NCBI GenBank assembly: GCA_038885755.1
Contig: JAVZZH010000002.1
Location: forward strand, 64,001 to 128,000
Length of the DNA stretch: 64,000 nucleotides
Direction: 5' to 3'
Origin: Candidatus Caldarchaeum sp.
GTDB taxonomy: Archaea > Thermoproteota > Nitrososphaeria_A > Caldarchaeales > Caldarchaeaceae
The stretch's first letter is position 1. Each line of letters starts with the position of its first letter. Positions 18,015 to 27,722 of this stretch are shown here, in pieces. Both the position numbers and the translations under genes were made by a program. Under the pieces are notes generated by a model. It was not told the origin of the DNA, ran no database searches, and saw only the letters and a program-made list of their open reading frames with translations.

Positions 18015-18918
18015 GCCGTCGGCTTTCAGAACGTTGAAAGACACGCCGCGAGCCGACTTTCTAACGCCCGGCTCCCCGCTTTGCGCAGGCTGTGGCGGAG
18101 AGCTTTTGCTAAGGCTGGCGTTGAAGGTTTTAGGGCCTAAAACTATTGTAGTCAGCGTACCAGGCTGCCTCGCCTTGCTGGAGCTCTATCCATACGTCTC
18201 TATAAGAAACCCGATGCTGTTCGCACCGTTCGGAGCGGGGCCGGCGGCTGCCCAAGGCTTGGTTGACGGAATACTGGCTAAGGTTGAGAAGGGAAAGAGA
18301 CGCGACACGGATGCAAAAGTGCTGCTGTTAACAGGCGACGGAGCTGCCTATGACATAGGGTTGCAGGCGACGTCGGGAGCCATACACAGAGGGCTTGACT
18401 TCTACTACCTTGTCTACGACAACGAAGCCTACGGTAACACGGGCTTCCAGTTCTCGAGCGCCACACTGCCATACTCCTGGACTTCGACAACCCCTGATGG
18501 AAACCTAAGCAGCAAAAAGGATTTGTTCGAGATATGGAGGGCCCACAGGCCGCCCTACATCGCTACGGTGGCGGCTTCAAGGCCTGTTGACCTGCTGAAA
18601 AAGTTTGAGAAAGCCACGAAGATTAAAGGCCCGAAGCTTTTCATAGGTCTTGGCGTATGCCCCACAGGATGGGGTGCTGACCCAAGCATAATGATAAGGC
18701 TGGACAAGCTGGCCGTTGAGACGGGAGTTTTCCCGCTTAAAGAAGCCGTCGACGGAGTGGTCAGACACACCTACATACCGAAGAACAGGAAGCCGGTGGA
18801 GGAGTACCTTAAGTTGCAGAAAAGGTTTGAACACCTGTTTAAGCCGGTGAAGCGCGACGATATAATCCAGCAGATACAGCGTCAAGTCGACAGCTACTGG
18901 ATGAACGTCAAAGAGTAG
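18007..18918 (+). CDS. 2-oxoacid:ferredoxin oxidoreductase beta subunit (PadI-like, TPP-binding)
   Basis: CAGCG, GDG..DIG..YDNEAYGNTG, CPTGW. Confidence 0.9.
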   Translation: MSEPSAFRTLKDTPRADFLTPGSPLCAGCGGELLLRLALKVLGPKTIVVSVPGCLALLELYPYVSIRNPMLFAPFGAGPAAAQGLVDGILAKVEKGKRRDTDAKVLLLTGDGAAYDIGLQATSGAIHRGLDFYYLVYDNEAYGNTGFQFSSATLPYSWTSTTPDGNLSSKKDLFEIWRAHRPPYIATVAASRPVDLLKKFEKATKIKGPKLFIGLGVCPTGWGADPSIMIRLDKLAVETGVFPLKEAVDGVVRHTYIPKNRKPVEEYLKLQKRFEHLFKPVKRDDIIQQIQRQVDSYWMNVKE

Positions 18919-19150
18919 GGCCCACAGGCATCATGTGAGAGAGTTGTGCCTGACGTAGCAGGCTCCGTGAAAAAGTTCAGACATTCTCCGAGGAGCTATG
19001 AGTTAAGCATGGGCTGGAGAAATGACGGCCGGCATGCGCCAGCCTCCAACTCAACCCGACGAGGACCGGTGGACTGCGAAGAATCGGCAGTTTAACGTAA
19101 GCCACCGCCTACCTGTTCAGGAAACGGTTGCGACCGTAATTTGACAGAGG

Positions 19151-19927
19151 TCACGGCTCCAGAGGAGGTAATACGGGCAGCTTGTAGGACATACGGATGA
19201 TAACCACGTACTTGAAGAGGCTGGAGCTTAGGAGAAGCATGGCTCCCGCTAGAAGCATGGAAGTGGGAGACGATGCGACAGCAACGGCCGCGGCAGCCAT
19301 TGAAAACAACAGGTAAACCAAGTTGCCTTCAGCCTTAAGCGATTGTTTAAAGTATTTCGTGGCTCCGGGCCACGTCGCGTAAGAGGCGCCAAGGACAATC
19401 GTCGACAAGCCGAGCAAGATAGGTGCTGTGGGGTTTTGGATTTTGTTGAGAACCGCTGCTATTCCTAAGCCTGCTGAGAGGCTTAAAACAACGAACAACG
19501 GAGGCGTGGCAGGCGTGTTCCAGCTGGGTATCTTCTTGGCCGCAGCCAGCATAAACCCTTGGCTGACGACGTAGGCGGCTGAACAAAACCAAGCCAACGT
19601 CTTGAACAACACGCTGGGCCGCAGAACATCTAGGACAGAAAACAAAACGAACCCCGTCGCGAAAACAGCCTCCCTCGACATCCACGAGTGTCTGAAGTTG
19701 CGGAACACGTGGAAAGCTTTCGTCGGATTTCCAGCCTCAAGACCCACGAATGCAAGTCCCGCTGCAATAAGGCCGGCCGACGCCAGAGTCAGAGGAAGAT
19801 CGGTTAAGCCTGTTAGGAAGGCTACAGCATACAGACCGCCACCGGCCCCGCCTACTAGAAAGTTTCCTAGAGCCAGCCACTCCCACACACGCTGCTTCTC
19901 GAGGGGGTAGGAAGCCATGCGGTTCAC
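19151..19927 (-). CDS. padD: DmsC/NrfD-like membrane anchor (PadD-like)
   Basis: Multiple TM helices; NF..GGAG.G, SWMSREA and IPSWN motifs. Confidence 0.7.
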   Translation of the reverse strand: MNRMASYPLEKQRVWEWLALGNFLVGGAGGGLYAVAFLTGLTDLPLTLASAGLIAAGLAFVGLEAGNPTKAFHVFRNFRHSWMSREAVFATGFVLFSVLDVLRPSVLFKTLAWFCSAAYVVSQGFMLAAAKKIPSWNTPATPPLFVVLSLSAGLGIAAVLNKIQNPTAPILLGLSTIVLGASYATWPGATKYFKQSLKAEGNLVYLLFSMAAAAVAVASSPTSMLLAGAMLLLSSSLFKYVVIIRMSYKLPVLPPLEP

Positions 19928-20562
19928 CAGACGTAATAGACGGATGGCTCGGTGTCCATGTCGGTCAAAAGCCTGAATGCTCTTTTCCGCCGTATCATGG
20001 TGGAGACCTCGCTCTCCGGGTCGTCTAAGTCGCCGAAGAACAAGGCCCTCGCTATGCAGGAGTTGACGCAGACAGGTGTTGCGTCTGGGTCTCTGCCTGG
20101 GACAAGGTTGTTGGCAAGCCCGTAGTCTATCCTATCCATGCAGAAATCGCACTTGGTGCAGACACCTACCTTATCAGCTAAAGGGCTCAGCTTCTCAGGC
20201 TGTGTTGTTTCATCAAAGTATTCTTTCCTACCTTTCAACAACCACCTAGCCTCGTATGGGCATGCCAGTATGCAGTATCCGCAGCCGATGCATTTGTTGT
20301 AGTCTATGTATACTATTCCATCGCCACGTCTTTGGGTTGCTGTTGTCGGGCATACGGTTAAGCACGGCGGTTTCTCGCAGTGCATGCAGTGGAGAGGTAG
20401 GAAAATCCTTGTGGCGTTAGGGTAGGCTCCAAGCTCAACATCTCTAACAAACCTCCAGAAGATGCCGGGCGGGGTTCCGTTGTCTAGCTTGCAGGCGATG
20501 GTGCATGTCTGACAGCCAACGCATTTACGCAGGTCTATGACCATCCCCCACCTAGCCATCAT
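19924..20562 (-). CDS. padC: 4x[4Fe-4S] electron-transfer subunit (PadC-like)
   Basis: WGMVIDLRKCVGCQTC, CMHCEKPPC, CIGCGYC, KCDFC..PVCVNSC. Confidence 0.85.
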   Translation of the reverse strand: MMARWGMVIDLRKCVGCQTCTIACKLDNGTPPGIFWRFVRDVELGAYPNATRIFLPLHCMHCEKPPCLTVCPTTATQRRGDGIVYIDYNKCIGCGYCILACPYEARWLLKGRKEYFDETTQPEKLSPLADKVGVCTKCDFCMDRIDYGLANNLVPGRDPDATPVCVNSCIARALFFGDLDDPESEVSTMIRRKRAFRLLTDMDTEPSVYYVW

Positions 20563-23282
20563 CGCCCCACCTTCTCAACTCTCACTTTCACGAGGTCTGC
20601 TCCGCTGCCAGTGCCGTCGGTGGTCTCTAAAGCTATCGGAACAAGCCTGTTCATGTTGGGCGCGTCTATGTTTTTTGGGACGGGGGTCACCCAGTGTCCG
20701 AACTGCTGCACCGCAACCAGTGTATCAGGTCTTATGCCTTTTCTCAACAAAACCCTGCCTCTAACCCTGCCTATGGGCGACTCTATTAAGACCTCGTCCC
20801 CTGTCTTCAGCCCGAGCCTTCTGCCAGCCTCCTCGTTCATCATCACAGCATTATGGCCCATGACGTGTTTTGAAACATCGGCGAGGACCGGTATGGCCAC
20901 GTTAGCACCCCAAGCATATTGCATGCTCCTGCTTGTTACAAGCCAGAACGGATAGTCCTCGGGCCTCTTGCCGTAAAGCTTCGGCAGGTTCTCAAAGATT
21001 TCTGGAAAATCCTCCCACCCGGGCATGGCTTCGTACTCCTCCAGCTGCTTATCCCACCATCTTATCCCACGCTCGTGAAGACGTCTTTTAAGCTCCTGCC
21101 CAACCCGCATAACCCTTTCTTGGTAGGGAAGCTCGTACCTAAGCTTCTTGGCTACCATTACTGGATGTAGGTACCAGTTGACGCGTCTGAAGGGTATCAG
21201 GTAAGCGCCGTTTTTCCTAAACCATTCAAGCCCGTGCTCATGCCGGCCGTTGCTCAAAGTCATCGTGGCCGCCCTGCACAGCCTGTCCCATATCTCGTAA
21301 GACTTGTACTTCCTTTCTGGGTCTAGGCTGTAGTCGTATAAAGGCGTCCTAAGCCTGAAGCCCAGCACGCCGTTGTTTATCGCCTCGTTATACTCTCTCA
21401 GAAGACCTGTTCTGTCAGCCAGCTCCGTAGCTATGTCGGTGAGGTCCATCGTGTTGTATGGAGGTTCGGCTACGGGCTGTCGGACGGCGACGCCCGTGTA
21501 TTCCCAGAACTGCTCCTGATAGCTCGTCCCCCCGACTCTGAACAGCTGATAGCTTTCGAGGTCGACGTTGTCTGGGAGAAGGACGTCCGCAAACCAGTTT
21601 GTCTCGTCATACGTGTAGGCGAAGGCGGCTATGAATGGAAAATCCTCTAAACACTTGGCCACGAGCTCCGGCTCCCAGCTGGATATGAGTGGGTTCGTCC
21701 TGTATATCATCCAAACATCGGGAGGAGTTGGCCTAGGCCAGTTCTCCGGAGCCTGCTTCATGAAAAGCCAGGGTAGATGAGCCGGCCCCAACGCTTGGCT
21801 CCAGGACGAGTCGAGCACCAAAGGGCTTAGGGTTTTGTAGGCGTTCCTGACGCGTGGGGTGGCCTCCCAGTGCTCTCTGTCGGTCGGGTTCAAGCTCTGG
21901 GCCATGAACCCGTCCTCGCCTATCCTAACGCTCTCAAGCCTGTCGAACACAGGCCTGTTGAGCCTTATGGTGACGCCTAAGATGGAGCCAGGTACCTCGA
22001 CGGCTCCGACCAGAGACTGTAAAACTGTTCTCGCCCACACCGCTTGGTAGGCTCCCCAGCCGTTAGACACCGTTTTTCCAAGCAGTATGGCCACAGGCCT
22101 TAAAGGCATCTTCAAGCCGTCTACCGTCACAGTCGCGCCAACCATTGCGTTGTCTACAAACTCTTTCGCAAGCCTCCGGATGGTTGACGGGCTTACGTCG
22201 CAGATTTCGCCAGCCCATTCGGGCGTGTAGCTCTTCACATGCTCCACAAGCTTCGTAAAAGCTGTTTTGCCGACTACATCTGTATGTTCTATAACTTCCT
22301 TGTCAGGCCCTACTTCAACAGCTTTCTTAACGGTGAACTCGCCGTAAAGCGCGGGGCTGTGGATTGTTTTGTCGTCGAAGGTTTTTGCAGAGCTGCTCAC
22401 CGTATCCCATATGAAAGGCCTGTGTGTAGACGGGTCGCGTAAGTAGTATCCGTTAGGACCTATGAGATATGGGCTGCTGGTCCTGTTCTTGAGAAAATCT
22501 AGGTCGCATACCTTCTCCCATCCCAGCTCATGCAGAACCGTGTACAGCATGGCGTAGAGGAATGCCGCATCAGTCTTCGGCTTTATCGGAATCCACTCGT
22601 CCGCCGTGGCTCCGGTGACCGAGAGATGCGGCTCAACCTGAACCCATTTCATGCCCGCAGCCCTAGCCTCAGCGTTGCGCCAAACACCTGTGACGCCGCC
22701 TGCAGCGTTGTCGTTATGGCCGAAGGAGATAACAAGCCTTGTGTAAGGTGTGTCGTGGGCGACGATGAACGACCTATGCCAGTACTCGCCGAAAAGATGT
22801 TCTGTGTGGTAGCATTTAACTCCCTGACCGCTTCCGAGGCTGAAGTCTATCGGCCCCCAAGCCGCGAAGAAGGCGTTGAGCGTGCCGAAGTAGGCTTGAG
22901 GGGTGCCGGCGCCGCCGAGGGTTACCGCGAACCTTGGATAGCCAGCGCCATCCACCAACCCCTTCATCCTTATTTCGGAAAGCTTCTCGGCGACGATGTC
23001 GAGGGCTTCATTCCACGAAACCGGAGTCCAGTGAGGGTTTTCGCCTAGACCTTTCCGACTGTTCCCCCTCACCATAGGCTGCTTGACGCGTTTAGGGTTG
23101 TACATCTTCTGAACAAGCCCGTAGGCTTTAACACAGACCCTGCCCCCTGCGGGATGTTTGTCGGCGAAGTCAAAGTTGGGCTCCACCCCCACCGGAACAC
23201 CATCCTTGACAACAACTTTTAGGAGGTCGGGGCCGCATACGCATTGGTAGCAGTATGTCGGCACCTTGGTTATAGTAACCAT
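20559..23282 (-). CDS. padB: Mo-bisPGD catalytic subunit, probable phenylacetyl-CoA:acceptor oxidoreductase
   Basis: N-terminus TYCYQCV.GPDLL..HPAGGRVCVKAYGL.QK.YNP, GSGQGVKC.H.EH..GE.WHR and RSMQYAWG.N resemble PadB as I recall it; no Tat signal; adjacent to paaK. Confidence 0.8.
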   Translation of the reverse strand: MVTITKVPTYCYQCVCGPDLLKVVVKDGVPVGVEPNFDFADKHPAGGRVCVKAYGLVQKMYNPKRVKQPMVRGNSRKGLGENPHWTPVSWNEALDIVAEKLSEIRMKGLVDGAGYPRFAVTLGGAGTPQAYFGTLNAFFAAWGPIDFSLGSGQGVKCYHTEHLFGEYWHRSFIVAHDTPYTRLVISFGHNDNAAGGVTGVWRNAEARAAGMKWVQVEPHLSVTGATADEWIPIKPKTDAAFLYAMLYTVLHELGWEKVCDLDFLKNRTSSPYLIGPNGYYLRDPSTHRPFIWDTVSSSAKTFDDKTIHSPALYGEFTVKKAVEVGPDKEVIEHTDVVGKTAFTKLVEHVKSYTPEWAGEICDVSPSTIRRLAKEFVDNAMVGATVTVDGLKMPLRPVAILLGKTVSNGWGAYQAVWARTVLQSLVGAVEVPGSILGVTIRLNRPVFDRLESVRIGEDGFMAQSLNPTDREHWEATPRVRNAYKTLSPLVLDSSWSQALGPAHLPWLFMKQAPENWPRPTPPDVWMIYRTNPLISSWEPELVAKCLEDFPFIAAFAYTYDETNWFADVLLPDNVDLESYQLFRVGGTSYQEQFWEYTGVAVRQPVAEPPYNTMDLTDIATELADRTGLLREYNEAINNGVLGFRLRTPLYDYSLDPERKYKSYEIWDRLCRAATMTLSNGRHEHGLEWFRKNGAYLIPFRRVNWYLHPVMVAKKLRYELPYQERVMRVGQELKRRLHERGIRWWDKQLEEYEAMPGWEDFPEIFENLPKLYGKRPEDYPFWLVTSRSMQYAWGANVAIPVLADVSKHVMGHNAVMMNEEAGRRLGLKTGDEVLIESPIGRVRGRVLLRKGIRPDTLVAVQQFGHWVTPVPKNIDAPNMNRLVPIALETTDGTGSGADLVKVRVEKVGR

Positions 23283-23309
23283 GTCAAGGCACTATATGTT
23301 TGATGATAG

Positions 23310-23340
23310 CTTATATTATTTTAATTCTATTTATATAGAT
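23310..23340 (-). promoter_or_regulatory. Putative operator (ATTTATATAGAT on + strand) and TATA-like box for padBCD
   Basis: Motif 23329-23340, 11-nt spacer, then AATATAAG on the - strand. Confidence 0.5.
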
Positions 23341-24404
23341 TCCAAACTCAAAACAGTCCCCAACGGCTGAGTCCTCAACGGGCTGAGTATCCTGTTGGCG
23401 GCCGCGTCGGCTATGGCGATGCTGTAGCCAGCTATCCTCCTTATGTCTCTAAGTATGAAGAGAAGGGTCATCGCCTGCTCGATGTCTTTCACACTGTGTA
23501 TTATGTCTAGGCTGAGCCTCTCCTCGTAGAATTTCACGTCCTGTATAAGGTTGCTGACCCTCATGACGCTGTTGAAGTCTTTGTCTATGAAGGCTTCAAT
23601 CGCACGCTGCTGCATGAACTGAACCATTTCAGACAAAGGGACTATCTGAGGAAGCATCTTCAAGACAGTTATCCTACGGCCAAGCCTGATGAGATTCTTC
23701 GATATGTAGAGGGCGTGGTAGAATATTCTATGCAGGTCTCTGGCCAGCAGCACATACGTTATCAGCTCGTTGCTGTCCCTAATCCCGCAACAGTAAGCTA
23801 TCTCGGGGTTCATGCTGCTCAACGACAGATGCCTAATCAGCTTACGGTAGATCCTCAGCATGTCCGGCTCACGGTTCGTAACCTCCAGCGCAAGCCTTAG
23901 GTTGTTTTCAGTAAGAGCGCGGATAGAATCCCTGTGGGTGTGGAGCGCCATGTCATGTATAGTTAGCACAATGTCGTCGATTTTCTCCTTCACAACGTCT
24001 GTGATAACGCTGTAAACAACTTTGTTGGAGTCTTCATGGCTTATCTCTACACCCGGCATCTCAAGCCTCATCTCCCTGAGCTTCTTCTTTTTGTCCGACG
24101 ACATCGGACGGGACGATTTCACGATGAGCGTGTAGGCGCCCTGCATGTAGTATGTTAGAAGACAGTATCTAACCGACCGCGTGTCGTCAAACCTGTCCAA
24201 ATCTATTTCAACAGTCTTCTTCATCTTAGGCGAATCTTTGAAGGACAAACGGAGGGAGTAGCCGTCCTCCACCGTGAACAGCCTCGCACCCTTTTCAACC
24301 TCATACTTGTCCACCCACCACTTGGGTAGAGTTACTGTATAGCTGCCTCCCCTGATCAGCTGTAGGACGCGGAGGCCAGGTCTGTGGGGAACAACCCTGC
24401 CCAT
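23331..24404 (-). CDS. AbrB/MazE DNA-binding domain plus PhoU-repeat regulator (paralog 1)
   Basis: LQLIRGGSYTVTLPKWWV AbrB motif, TYYMQGA, PhoU-like helical repeats. Confidence 0.8.
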   Translation of the reverse strand: MGRVVPHRPGLRVLQLIRGGSYTVTLPKWWVDKYEVEKGARLFTVEDGYSLRLSFKDSPKMKKTVEIDLDRFDDTRSVRYCLLTYYMQGAYTLIVKSSRPMSSDKKKKLREMRLEMPGVEISHEDSNKVVYSVITDVVKEKIDDIVLTIHDMALHTHRDSIRALTENNLRLALEVTNREPDMLRIYRKLIRHLSLSSMNPEIAYCCGIRDSNELITYVLLARDLHRIFYHALYISKNLIRLGRRITVLKMLPQIVPLSEMVQFMQQRAIEAFIDKDFNSVMRVSNLIQDVKFYEERLSLDIIHSVKDIEQAMTLLFILRDIRRIAGYSIAIADAAANRILSPLRTQPLGTVLSLESI

Positions 24405-24592
24405 TGTTCATTGTTCGCGCCGACAACATTATTATAATTTGCGGATTTTTTCCGATTTTTGCCGAACTAATGCGGGGAAAAAACAAAGGTTTATCGAAAA
24501 AGTGAAAAGTTATGTAAAAGTGTTGCGTCAATTATATTATTTGATTTAATTGTTTAAAATACAGTGATAAACTTCAATGTTTGCGCAGCAAA

Positions 24593-25915
24593 ATGGTGGG
24601 AAGAACACAGTACTGGGAGCCTAACTTAGAGACCGCCGGGCGGAATGAAATAAGGGAGCTTCAGCTGAAACGCCTGAGGTTCATCCTCCGATACGTGTAC
24701 GAGCACAGCCCGTTCTATAGACGTAGGTTTAACGAGGCAGGTGTAAAGCCGGAAGACGTGAAGAACCTAGACGACGTCAGAAAACTCCCCTTCACAACGA
24801 AAGACGACCTACGACTCTATAGCTACCCCTACGGCGGCGATTTTCTATGCGTGCCGAGGGAGGAGCTCATCTGCTGGCACATGACTTCGGGGACGACGGG
24901 CAAGCCTACTGTAGGCCCATACACATTAAAAGACTATGAGACATGGATGAACCTGATGGCTAGGTGTTTGGTGGCATGCGGTGTGCGGAAAGGGGACATA
25001 ATGCTAAACATTTACGGCTACGGTCTGTTTACAGGCGGGCTTGGCTTCCACCAGTCAGCACATCTCGTGGGTGCAGCCGTCATCCCATGGAGTGTCGGAA
25101 GAACAGAGGCATTGATACAGACGTTGAAGGATTTCCAGCCAACTGTTATGACAGGCACGCCGTCATACAACCTCTACATAGCTGAGCAGATGCGTAAGCA
25201 AGGCGTGAAGCCGAACGACATATCGCTGAGGATAACCATCAACGGAGCCGAGATGTGGACGGAGGAGACTAGGAAGAGAATAGAGGAAGGGTTTGGGCTC
25301 AGGGAAAGAGGCGGAGGAGCGATGAACATTTACGGCGCAACCGAGGTTTTCGGCCCGGGCAGCGGGGTGGAATGCGAGCAGCAGCAGGGCTTTCACTTCT
25401 GGATAGACCATTTCATCCTAGAGCTTGTAGACCCGGAGACGCTTGAGCCTGTGCAGCCCGGCGAGAGAGGGGAGATGGTTGTGACTACGTTGACAAAGGA
25501 GGGAATGCCATTAATCAGATACAGGATGAGGGACGTAACCGTATTAGACGACAGCGGATGCGAATGCGGCAGAGACGCCTTCCCGAGATGCAAATGGATC
25601 ACGGGCAGGGTTGACGACGTAATCCACTACAAGGGTGCTAAAATATGGCCGAGCACCATTCAGGAAACCCTACTAGGGTTTCCGGAAGTGCTGGAATACC
25701 AGGTCCTAGTTGATAAATCACCTGCCTCAGGACAGTTCACCATACGGGTTGAGTTAGACAAAGAGAAAGATGGTATGGAAAAAAGAGAGAAAATAGTTTC
25801 CGAGCTACGTAAAAACCTGTTCTTCATAAACCCGCACATAGAGTTCGTGCCCGAGGGAACACTTCCACGCTACGAAGGCAAGTCGAAGAGGATAATTGTA
25901 AAAGAGGTGATGTAG
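24593..25915 (+). CDS. paaK: Phenylacetate-CoA ligase
   Basis: LPFTTKDDLR, TSGTTGKP, YGYGLFTGGLGFH, GAEMW, IYGATEV.GPG, GRVDD, GKSKR; start may be 24581. Confidence 0.9.
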   Translation: MVGRTQYWEPNLETAGRNEIRELQLKRLRFILRYVYEHSPFYRRRFNEAGVKPEDVKNLDDVRKLPFTTKDDLRLYSYPYGGDFLCVPREELICWHMTSGTTGKPTVGPYTLKDYETWMNLMARCLVACGVRKGDIMLNIYGYGLFTGGLGFHQSAHLVGAAVIPWSVGRTEALIQTLKDFQPTVMTGTPSYNLYIAEQMRKQGVKPNDISLRITINGAEMWTEETRKRIEEGFGLRERGGGAMNIYGATEVFGPGSGVECEQQQGFHFWIDHFILELVDPETLEPVQPGERGEMVVTTLTKEGMPLIRYRMRDVTVLDDSGCECGRDAFPRCKWITGRVDDVIHYKGAKIWPSTIQETLLGFPEVLEYQVLVDKSPASGQFTIRVELDKEKDGMEKREKIVSELRKNLFFINPHIEFVPEGTLPRYEGKSKRIIVKEVM

Positions 25916-25916
25916 C

Positions 25917-26099
25917 ATGTCTTCGCATGATGCGTTAAGCGAGAAACTGGAGCTGATTCTGAAAGAGTTCAAGGAGATGAAGATGCTGGCCAGGTCTATG
26001 GGGGTCTACAGCGTTGAAAGAAACGTTGAACACATCATCAGCCACATCCAAACCATGCTGGAGTCTCTTAAAAAAACAGAAGCGGGGTACTCGCTGTGA
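25917..26099 (+). CDS. Small helical hypothetical protein directly after paaK
   Basis: ATG 2 nt after the paaK stop; 60 aa, amphipathic helices. Confidence 0.6.
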   Translation: MSSHDALSEKLELILKEFKEMKMLARSMGVYSVERNVEHIISHIQTMLESLKKTEAGYSL

Positions 26100-26139
26100 A
26101 CAGATAAAGTTGAGCTACAAGCATACTTGGCTGTAGCAA

Positions 26140-26170
26140 AAATATATAATTTGCCTAAAAAGTTTATCAA
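26140..26170 (+). promoter_or_regulatory. Putative operator AAATATATAATT, BRE-like AAAAAG and TTTATCAA for the transporter operon
   Basis: Motif 26140-26151, 11-nt spacer, TATA at 26163, start codon 31 nt later. Confidence 0.45.
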
Positions 26171-26193
26171 ACTTTAGACCGATAAACCGTCTC

Positions 26194-27675
26194 GTGGCTG
26201 AAAAAGAAAAAACCGGTGTTGACAGACGTTCCTTCCTCAAATATGCTGCCACAGCTGGAATCGCCGCCGTAGTCGCAGGAGCTGCGGGATACTTCTCCGC
26301 ATCCACGCAAACCGAGGTAATAACCAAGACAATCCCAGCTGGAGAGGTGACGAGAACAGTCACCGTCGGCGGACAGACGGTTACCGTCGGCGGCGCAACC
26401 GTCACGCAGACCCGAACAGTAACTGTTACAGCAACACCTACCCCGCCGGCTCCGAGACCGCCTCCTGGAAAGACCGAGGTTAGGATTGGGGTGCTGGCCC
26501 CGCTGGCAGCTCGTGAGGGAAAGGTTCAGGAGAACGCCGCCCGCCTAGCAATCGAAGAAATCAACGCTAAAGGTGGGATACTTGGTCTCCCGGTAAAACT
26601 CGTGGTAGCCGACGACAAGCTCAGCGCCGACACCGCTGTAGCAGAGTTTAGACGATTGGTGACGGCTGAGAAAGTCGACGTGATGATAGGCGGTTACTCA
26701 AGCGGCGTGATGACAGCCACTATGGAGCCTATGGCGGAGTTAAAGACCATATTCCTAGCGGACGCTTCATCACCGGCTCACGCCAGAAAAGTTGGAGCCA
26801 ACTATGACAAATACAAGTATTGGTTTAGGATAACCCAGAACAACGGCATAACCTTCGCCCTCGACGGAATCACGCAGATCGAATACCTTGCTGCAAACGG
26901 CGTCAAAATCGAAAAGCTGTACATAATAAGAGACGAGCATATATGGGTTGATGAATGGGAGCCCATGCTTACGGATCTGCTGAAGCAGAAGAACATCGAA
27001 GTAGTCAAGAGTGTTAAGATACCGCGAGGATACACGGAGTACGAGCCTCTTCTTATAGAGGCAAATAGGCTCGGTGCTCAAGCAGTATTCAACATGCTGG
27101 CTATCTCTGGGACAGGCGACGTGCTGGCAAAGCAGTGGGGCACGCTCAAGCTTCCGCTGCTTCTGATGGGCCATGACTTGGCCGCCATAGACCTTGGGTT
27201 CTGGGAGAAGACGGGAGGTGCTTGCGAGTACGAGATTTTCATGGCTGACGGAGGAGTTGTCCAGACAGCACCTCCAACTCAGATGTGCAGACAATTCATA
27301 GAGAACTATACAAAGAAGTATGGGTATCCGCCTGAGGCCCATCAAGGCTACGGAGCATATGATGCAGTCTACCTGTACAAAAAGGTGGTTGAGGAGGCTG
27401 CTGCCGCAGGTGAGAGCAACCCGTTTGATTCAGACACACTGGTTAAATACCTCGAGAGGTACACGCTCGGAAACGCTATTGAGCTGACGAGGAAGGTGGC
27501 GTTCTATCCTAAGGGCGCGTGGGGGGCTGACGGGACGAGATGGGACCACGACCTAGTCTGGGGGGATGAATACGTGAAGAACTGGGTGTCGCAATGGCAG
27601 GCTGGAAAACAATATTTGCTTGCGCCGTCTTGGCTCAAAAACGCAGACCTAAAACTACCGCCATGGTTCAAATAA
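26194..27675 (+). CDS. Liv-type ABC transporter substrate-binding protein with Tat signal and Thr/Val-rich linker
   Basis: DRRSFLK Tat motif, TVTVGG repeats, RIGVLAP..EEINAKGGILG..DD, GGYSS. Confidence 0.9.
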   Translation: MAEKEKTGVDRRSFLKYAATAGIAAVVAGAAGYFSASTQTEVITKTIPAGEVTRTVTVGGQTVTVGGATVTQTRTVTVTATPTPPAPRPPPGKTEVRIGVLAPLAAREGKVQENAARLAIEEINAKGGILGLPVKLVVADDKLSADTAVAEFRRLVTAEKVDVMIGGYSSGVMTATMEPMAELKTIFLADASSPAHARKVGANYDKYKYWFRITQNNGITFALDGITQIEYLAANGVKIEKLYIIRDEHIWVDEWEPMLTDLLKQKNIEVVKSVKIPRGYTEYEPLLIEANRLGAQAVFNMLAISGTGDVLAKQWGTLKLPLLLMGHDLAAIDLGFWEKTGGACEYEIFMADGGVVQTAPPTQMCRQFIENYTKKYGYPPEAHQGYGAYDAVYLYKKVVEEAAAAGESNPFDSDTLVKYLERYTLGNAIELTRKVAFYPKGAWGADGTRWDHDLVWGDEYVKNWVSQWQAGKQYLLAPSWLKNADLKLPPWFK

Positions 27676-27722
27676 GCTCCTAATTTTTTTAACAATAGCA
27701 TACGCTGTTGACGGTGCGGTAG

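Noticed and set aside
18919-19150. Possible structured ncRNA between convergent operons (short hairpins such as ACGGT-TGCG-ACCGT)
   Set aside because: Stems are short and imperfect and match no family I recognise
26359-26430. TVTVGG mini-repeat in the binding protein
   Set aside because: Ordinary Thr-rich linker of archaeal surface-anchored proteins
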